From Myxococcota bacterium (GTDB lineage Bacteria > Myxococcota_A > UBA796 > SXON01), in assembly GCA_040386535.1 (NCBI GenBank), contig JAZKFH010000005.1:38058-102057 (forward strand): a stretch of 64,000 bases of DNA. Direction: 5' to 3'. The position numbers were made by a program, and so were the translations under genes. This document shows, piece after piece, positions 58,355-64,000 of the stretch (positions within the stretch are counted from its first letter, which is position 1; each line of letters opens with the position of its first letter). The notes under the pieces were generated by a model. The model saw nothing but the letters and a program-made list of their open reading frames with translations. It had not been told where the DNA came from and did no database searches.

Positions 58355-60019
58355 GTGTGGGCGTTCGACCTCGGCACCACGAACACGGGGGTGGCCCGAT
58401 GGGACGCCGAGGCCCGACGTCCGTCACTCCTGACGCTCCCGGGCATCTGCCGCACCCCAGGGGGCGCGCTCGAGGCGCCACCGGTCGTGCCCTCGGCGAC
58501 CCACGTGCTCGAAGCGGACCTCGCCGCGCGCGTGGGCGCGTGGCCCTGGGTGCGCCACCACACGTTTCTCGGGACCCAGGCCCTCATCGGGCGGCCCGCG
58601 CTCGAACGGAACGCCGCGTGGCCCGGCCCCGCGTTCGCCGTCGGCTGGAAGACCGCGTTGGCGCGGGAGCCGACCCGCCCGCTGGTGCGCGTGGGCGACC
58701 GCTCGTTCACCGCGCGCGACGTGGCCCGACGCTTCGTGCGCGAGCTGCTCGTGGCGGTGAAGGCCGAGAGCGGCGAGCGGGTGCGCGACCTGGTGCTCAC
58801 CGTGCCCGTCGGGAGCTGGGAGGCCTACCGCGCCGAGCTCGGCTCGCTCGCGACGGACCTCGGCGTGACCCGCCTGCGCTTCCTCGACGAGCCGGTGGCC
58901 GCCGCGATCGGGTACGGCCTCGGCATCGACCGCGAGCGCCGCGTGCTGGTGTTCGACATGGGCGGCGGCACGCTGCACGTGGCGCTGGTGCGGCTCTCCG
59001 CGCGCGGCACGGACCGCGGGATGTGTGAGGTGCTCGCCAAACACGGCCGCGCGGTCGGCGGCGACCTGGTGGATCGGTGGCTCCTCGAAGACGTATGCGC
59101 CGCCCTCGGCATCCCGCTGGCGCCCGAGCGCGCCACGGAGACGGCCGACGAGACCGAGGGGCTCTGGTGGCGGTTGATGCTCGCCGAGGCGCGCCGCGTG
59201 AAGGAGGCGGTGCACATCGCCGAGCAGGCCACCTTCACGGTGATCGTGCCCGACGAGCTCCGCGGCCTGCGCGCGCGCCTGCGCGACTGCCCGACCAGCC
59301 TCGTCGTGACGCGCACCCGCGTCGAGGAGGTGCTCCGCACCCGCGGGCTCTACACGCTCGTGGACGAGGCGGTGGACGCCACCCTCGCCGAGGCCGGCGT
59401 GGCCCCCGACGAGGTGCTCCTCGTGGGCGGCTCCTCGCTCCTGCCCGGCATCTACCCGCGGCTGGAGCAGCGCTTCGGGCGCGACCGGGTGCGTGCGTGG
59501 CTGCCTTTCGAGGCCGTCGTGCTCGGCGGGGCGGTGTACGCGGGCGAGGCCTGGGCCCAGTCCGACTTCATCGTGCACGACTACGCGCTGGTGACCCACG
59601 ACCGCGACACGCAGGCGCCCGCCTACACGATCGTGGTGCCCCGCGGCACGCGCTTCCCGACGGCGCCCGACCTGTGGAAGCGGCAGCTCGTGCCGACCTG
59701 CGCGCTCGGCGAGCCCGAGTCCCTGTTCAAGCTCGTGGTCTACGAGATCGGCGGCCACGGCGGGGACGCGCGCCGCTTCGGCTGGGACGCCGCCGGCGCG
59801 CTGCACGTGCTCCACGACGGCGATCGTGTCGTGGTGCCGCTCAACGAGGCGAATCCCACCCTCGGCACGCTCGACCCGCCCCACGCGCCCAGCGACAAGC
59901 GCCCGCGCCTCGAGCTCGCCTTCGGCGTGAACGCGAACCGCTGGTTGTGCGCGACGGTGACGGACTTGCAGTCGAAGAAGAAGCTGTTGAAGGACGAGCC
60001 GGTGGTGAGGTTGTTGTGA
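58355..60019 (+). CDS. Hsp70-family protein (atypical, no lid)
   Basis: FDLGTTNT, LTVP, DEP.AAA.GYG, VFDMGGGT, GG..VD, VLLVGGSS. Confidence 0.88.
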   Translation: MWAFDLGTTNTGVARWDAEARRPSLLTLPGICRTPGGALEAPPVVPSATHVLEADLAARVGAWPWVRHHTFLGTQALIGRPALERNAAWPGPAFAVGWKTALAREPTRPLVRVGDRSFTARDVARRFVRELLVAVKAESGERVRDLVLTVPVGSWEAYRAELGSLATDLGVTRLRFLDEPVAAAIGYGLGIDRERRVLVFDMGGGTLHVALVRLSARGTDRGMCEVLAKHGRAVGGDLVDRWLLEDVCAALGIPLAPERATETADETEGLWWRLMLAEARRVKEAVHIAEQATFTVIVPDELRGLRARLRDCPTSLVVTRTRVEEVLRTRGLYTLVDEAVDATLAEAGVAPDEVLLVGGSSLLPGIYPRLEQRFGRDRVRAWLPFEAVVLGGAVYAGEAWAQSDFIVHDYALVTHDRDTQAPAYTIVVPRGTRFPTAPDLWKRQLVPTCALGEPESLFKLVVYEIGGHGGDARRFGWDAAGALHVLHDGDRVVVPLNEANPTLGTLDPPHAPSDKRPRLELAFGVNANRWLCATVTDLQSKKKLLKDEPVVRLL

Positions 60020-61074
60020 GCGGGCTCGCCGACGGCCTGGCGTGCATGGGGTCGGCCTTCGCCGCCGTCACGCTGCTATTCACGGCGTGGATGCGCCCGC
60101 GCATCCGCCCGAGCCCCCGGCTCGCGGACGCGCTCGGCCTCACGTGGACCAACCCCACCCGGATGCGGGGCGAGTGGAACGGGGTCCCGGTGGACATCCT
60201 GTTCGACGCGACCACGGGCCTGGTTCGGGCGCCGGCCCCCGCGGGGATGCGCATCGTGTCCGTCTCGCAGGCACGCGCCCTCCTGACCGCGGACCGGGTC
60301 CACACGGGGGACCTCTCGCTCGACAACGCGACCCTCGTGAACGGACCGCGGGATCACCTCGTCGCCGCGCTCGACGGGGCCGCCCGGGTGCACGTTCGGG
60401 AGCTGGTCGTGGACATGAGCTTCCGCGGGCAGGTCGACGGCGGCTGGGTGACGCGGCGCCTCTCCCCCCGCGATCTCGACGTCGGCTCGCTCTCCATCAT
60501 CCTGAACACGGTCACCGAGGTGTCGCGCGCCCTGCACACCGAGCCCACGGCCGAGCGCCTCGCCGCCATCGCGCGCGCCGACGTCTGGGCGGGTGTGCGT
60601 CGCAACGCCCTGGAGGTCCTCGAGCGCCTCCATCCCGGCGTCGTCGTGCCCGTCGCGCGCGACCTGCTCCGGGACGCCGATCTGGACGTGCGCCTCGACG
60701 CCGCGCGGCTCGCCGGCGCCGACGGGACCGCGCACCTGCTCGTCCACCTCGACGACCTGGAGTCCGCGGTCGCCCTCGACCCGGGGGGCGTGTCCCGGCG
60801 GCTCCAGTCCCTTCCGGAGGACACCCTGCTCGGGCTGCTCGCGCGCGCGGACCGCCTCGGACGCCGCGCCGCGGCCCGCGCGCTCGGCCAGGTCGGGACC
60901 GTCCACGCCGTCGAGGCCATGCTCGAAGCCGGGTTCGTGGACGAGGCCCGCGCGATCCAGGCCCGCCTCGGGGACGTCGAAGCGGGCCGCCTCTCGCTCG
61001 CCGCGGGCGAGGCGGGGCAGGTGGCGCTCGCCACGGACGTGGGCGCGGTCACCGTGGTCGAGCCGAGCGGCTGA
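60016..61074 (+). CDS. Membrane-anchored HEAT-repeat protein
   Basis: GTGA overlap; N-terminal TM; LL.D.D..VR..AA, R.AAA.ALG.VG...AV; C-terminal G.LSLA..E.G.LSL-like motif. Confidence 0.7.
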   Translation: MSGLADGLACMGSAFAAVTLLFTAWMRPRIRPSPRLADALGLTWTNPTRMRGEWNGVPVDILFDATTGLVRAPAPAGMRIVSVSQARALLTADRVHTGDLSLDNATLVNGPRDHLVAALDGAARVHVRELVVDMSFRGQVDGGWVTRRLSPRDLDVGSLSIILNTVTEVSRALHTEPTAERLAAIARADVWAGVRRNALEVLERLHPGVVVPVARDLLRDADLDVRLDAARLAGADGTAHLLVHLDDLESAVALDPGGVSRRLQSLPEDTLLGLLARADRLGRRAAARALGQVGTVHAVEAMLEAGFVDEARAIQARLGDVEAGRLSLAAGEAGQVALATDVGAVTVVEPSG

Positions 61075-61749
61075 TCAGACCACGATCCGCCACGTCGCGA
61101 CCATGAAGTGCTCCAAATCCCACCCGCGGGGGCGCACCTCCTCGATGGCGTCGTGCTCCGCGAGGCGCTCGACCGTGGGGCCGGCGGCGCCGGGCGGCCC
61201 CCAGAGCGCGCGCACCTCCGCTTCGGGCACCGCGTGCGGCGGGCCGGGCTTGCGGGCCTGCTCGTAGTCGAACGTCTCGAGCAGCACGACCGCGCCGGGG
61301 GCGAGCAGCGTGCGCAGCATCGTGACGTACCGGGCGCGCCGCTCGGGATCGAGCGCCACCAGCGCGGCGCGGTCCCACACGCGGTCGACCGGGCCGCCGA
61401 TCGTGTCGAGGACCGCGGGCGTGAGCGCGAACACATCGCCCTGGAGCACGGTGAGCCCTTGGCTGCGCCACGCGCGGAACGGCCCCACGTCGGTGACCGT
61501 CGGCTCCCGCCCCTCGCGTTCGTGCAACGCGACGATCGCCTTCTCGGAGAGCTCGATGCCCACGACCTCGTGGCCGCGCGAGATCATCCACGCGAGGTCG
61601 ACCGTCTTGCCGCACAGCGGCACGAGCACGCGATGCGCGCCGCCTCCCAGGAACGATCCCTGGTACGTCGTGAGAGACGGGTGTACGGACTCGCTGTGGA
61701 ACGCCGTCCGGCCTTCTTCCCACGCGGTCAACCAGTACTTCGGATCCAT
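61075..61749 (-). CDS. tpm: Thiopurine S-methyltransferase
   Basis: W...W......FH, RVLVPLCGK..D..W, G.E.S, GD.F.L, DRAAL.AL, GPP..V. Confidence 0.9.
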   Translation of the reverse strand: MDPKYWLTAWEEGRTAFHSESVHPSLTTYQGSFLGGGAHRVLVPLCGKTVDLAWMISRGHEVVGIELSEKAIVALHEREGREPTVTDVGPFRAWRSQGLTVLQGDVFALTPAVLDTIGGPVDRVWDRAALVALDPERRARYVTMLRTLLAPGAVVLLETFDYEQARKPGPPHAVPEAEVRALWGPPGAAGPTVERLAEHDAIEEVRPRGWDLEHFMVATWRIVV

Positions 61750-62453
61750 CAGCTCTCCTCCCCGAGTTGCGTCACCCACGACATCCCGAACCGCTTCGCC
61801 ACCCACGCCTCCCAACCATCCGGGAGCGGCGTGTCGCCGCGTACCATCAGATCGAGATGCGCCGCGTTCACGGACTCGCCGGGGCCGATCTGGAGCCGCA
61901 CGAGCGCATCGGCGAGCCCCGGGAGCACCAGCGCCACCGCCCGCGGCGCGCGCAGGAGCACCACGCGCGCCTCGTAGAGCGTGCCCGCGATGCGGACGCG
62001 GGTGGAGGCGCCCTCGGTCGCACCCGCGAGCCCGTCCGGCACCGCGATGCGGCTCCAGGCGTCCGTGTAGGCGAGCGCCACCGGCACGTCGATCCGCAGC
62101 CAGCGCACGTCGGCGGTATGACCGAGCGACCACGCGAGCCCGGCGAGCGCAAGCTCCCAGCCGGCCGCGAGGTCCGCGAGGGTGTCGGGGTCGAGGCCCT
62201 CGGCGTCGGGGCCCTCGGCGTCGACCGTGACCGCGCGCGCGGCGAGGTCGAACCGCGCGCGGAGCGTGTCACCCTCCCACACGACCGCCGCCCCCGCGTC
62301 GCCACGCAGGGCCATCGTGGGGCCATCGAGCCCCGGGGCGAGCCGCGCGCCGACGAACCCCGCGTCGGGGTCCCACCAGCGGCGCAGGCCCGCCGGAGAC
62401 GTGAGCGCGGGGAGGAGGCGGACGGCAGAGGCGTCGGGGAGGGGGAAACGCAT
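61749..62453 (-). CDS. SRPBCC-like hypothetical protein
   Basis: TGATG coupling with tpm; ALT.P..L..WW, GW...L..L. Confidence 0.6.
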   Translation of the reverse strand: MRFPLPDASAVRLLPALTSPAGLRRWWDPDAGFVGARLAPGLDGPTMALRGDAGAAVVWEGDTLRARFDLAARAVTVDAEGPDAEGLDPDTLADLAAGWELALAGLAWSLGHTADVRWLRIDVPVALAYTDAWSRIAVPDGLAGATEGASTRVRIAGTLYEARVVLLRAPRAVALVLPGLADALVRLQIGPGESVNAAHLDLMVRGDTPLPDGWEAWVAKRFGMSWVTQLGEES

Positions 62454-62482
62454 GGGGGGAGAGCTTATCGCCCCTCCCCCCC

Positions 62483-62521
62483 AAAACAGCGACGGGGCCC
62501 GCCGTTTCCGACGAGCCCCGT
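62483..62521 (-). terminator. Intrinsic terminator downstream of the cytochrome c gene
   Basis: Reverse complement ACGGGGCTCGTCG-GAAA-CGGCGGGCCCCGT followed by CGCTGTTTT. Confidence 0.65.
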
Positions 62522-62581
62522 GCCTTCGGGGGCGTTGCGGGGGGCGGAGCCCCCTGCCCCAAAAAACCGCGCCGCGAACCG

Positions 62582-64000
62582 CTACAACGTGTGGAGGTAC
62601 GCCTCCAGGTCCGCCATCTCGTCGTCCGAGAGCATCGAGGTGTCGCCCATCTCGCCGGAGCGCGACATCTGGAGCACGGCTTCGAGCGAGGAGGCCGAGC
62701 CGTCGTGCAGGTAGGGCGCGGTGGCCGCGATCCCGACGAGCGTGGGCGTGTTCACCGCTTCGAGGCCGAACATCGTGTAGTGCTCGTTGTCGGTGAGGCG
62801 ATCGCCGCTGTGGCACGTGGCGCAGGCCACGTCCGCGCGCTCGAACAGCGCCTTGCCGCGGAGCGCGGCCTCGCTGGTGGCGCCCTTCTCGGGCAGGTCG
62901 ACCGCGCGGTTTGACTCGATGTACGCCGAGATCTGTCCCGCCTCCGCGTAGGACAGGCCGTTGCCGCCCATGCGGCCCGAGCTGGTGACGAAGGCCTCTT
63001 CCGACACGGTGAGGACCTGGTCGGTCCAGGTGAAGGGCGCCGTGACGCTCACCGCGCCGCGGAGCGACGGGGTCTGGCGGACACCCTCGCCCAGGGCCCA
63101 GGTGAGCCCGTCGTTGCTGCCCTGGAGGTGGCAGGTGGAGCAGGAGATGCCCGCGCCGTCGGCCGCCATCTGCGAGCTGGTGGCCGAGAAGAACAGGCGG
63201 CGACCGGCCTCGATGTCGGCGGAGAGCACGCGATCGGCGACCTCGGTGGAGTCGGCGCCGCGGAAGGTCTGCGCGCTGACGAACCCGATGGAGAGCTGGT
63301 CCGCGACGAACGCGCGCGCCTTCATGCCCTTGAGGCTGCCGATGGAGTGATCGAGGAACGAGTCGACATACACCTCGTCATCCCCGAGGAACGCCACGCC
63401 GCGCGGCCCGGCGTCGGTGCCGACGAGCACCATCGGGCTCGAGGCGAACCCCGCGGCGTCGGCGGAGATGCTGATGCCGCCGCCGGTGTCCATCCGGTCG
63501 AAGCCGGAGTCGGCGCCGATCTCCGGGTAGATCGGGGTGGCCGAGAGGACCACCACGGCCTGCGAGGCCTCCATCGTGGCGTAGATCAAGGCGCCGTCGG
63601 GCGAGTAGGCCACGCTCGAGAGGTAGCTGCGCACGGCGGTCGTGCCCTCGTCGTCATCCCCCAGCTGGGCGAAGCCGGCCACGAGCACCGTGGCGGTGTC
63701 CTCCGGGGCGGGGTTGCCGTTCTCCCCGGTGGGGATGATGACGACCGCCGGGTTGAAGCGGCTGACGCCGAGCCCGGAGGAGCCGTAGCCCTCGGACACG
63801 GTCTCGACCTCGCCCGGCTCGCTGACCGGGTTGGTGTTGTCGATGTACATGGCCGGCGCGGCCACGGACCGCCCGTCGGGGGAGACGTAGAGGTCACCCG
63901 TGATGCGGCGGGTGAAGCGGAGCGTGCCGTCCTCCCCCGCGCCGTAGATGGAGGGCAGATCGAGCTCGGTGACCTGGCCGCCCTCGGCGAGGCTCACGGA
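62582..64000 (-). CDS. Beta-propeller plus di-heme cytochrome c (cytochrome c peroxidase-like) protein; 5' end outside the window
   Basis: GRRLFF, CSTCH, R.TP.L, G..LF, CATCH, TP.L.G...TAPYLHDG, L...E..DL.AYL. Confidence 0.85.
   Translation of the reverse strand, partial: SVSLAEGGQVTELDLPSIYGAGEDGTLRFTRRITGDLYVSPDGRSVAAPAMYIDNTNPVSEPGEVETVSEGYGSSGLGVSRFNPAVVIIPTGENGNPAPEDTATVLVAGFAQLGDDDEGTTAVRSYLSSVAYSPDGALIYATMEASQAVVVLSATPIYPEIGADSGFDRMDTGGGISISADAAGFASSPMVLVGTDAGPRGVAFLGDDEVYVDSFLDHSIGSLKGMKARAFVADQLSIGFVSAQTFRGADSTEVADRVLSADIEAGRRLFFSATSSQMAADGAGISCSTCHLQGSNDGLTWALGEGVRQTPSLRGAVSVTAPFTWTDQVLTVSEEAFVTSSGRMGGNGLSYAEAGQISAYIESNRAVDLPEKGATSEAALRGKALFERADVACATCHSGDRLTDNEHYTMFGLEAVNTPTLVGIAATAPYLHDGSASSLEAVLQMSRSGEMGDTSMLSDDEMADLEAYLHTL

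Noticed and set aside
62525..62565. GGGGGCGGAGCCCC-type palindrome (similar ones near 22585 and 7480) as an ncRNA or repeat family
   Set aside because: Too short and GC-biased; the copies are not clearly homologous

Overview
A very GC-rich bacterial chromosomal window. It is most likely Myxococcota, inferred from MopE-type Cys/Asp repeat lipoproteins, MYXO-CTERM-like tails, Asp-Thr linkers and a Ser/Thr kinase-AAA fusion. It holds about 52 CDS and one elongator tRNA-Met. Recognisable modules are a complete livKHMGF ABC transporter, a scattered purine-degradation pathway (PuuD, AllB, an allantoicase/OHCU-decarboxylase fusion, UraH), tsaC/sua5, bcp, an OPT transporter, a GH31 glycosidase, murB, a thiO-like oxidase, a PaaZ-like dehydrogenase, Hsp20/Hsp70-like genes and tpm. 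The most striking non-coding structure is a family of GGGGTCAG-tagged repeats with an exact 72-bp period and an IHF-like site at a fixed register. They flank an HUH (RAYT/TIRYT-type) transposase as inward-facing pairs at 17.7-19.0 kb, and they recur about 28 kb away as an expanded 5+4 inverted array with no transposase (47.0-47.8 kb). Other unusual items are a two-gene alpha-2-macroglobulin lacking its thioester, a DAIP-like protease-inactivator lipoprotein, a multi-HTH protein with H1-like linkers, and a 208-bp MITE-like insertion in a pseudogene. All family assignments come from motif recognition by eye; no database search was run.
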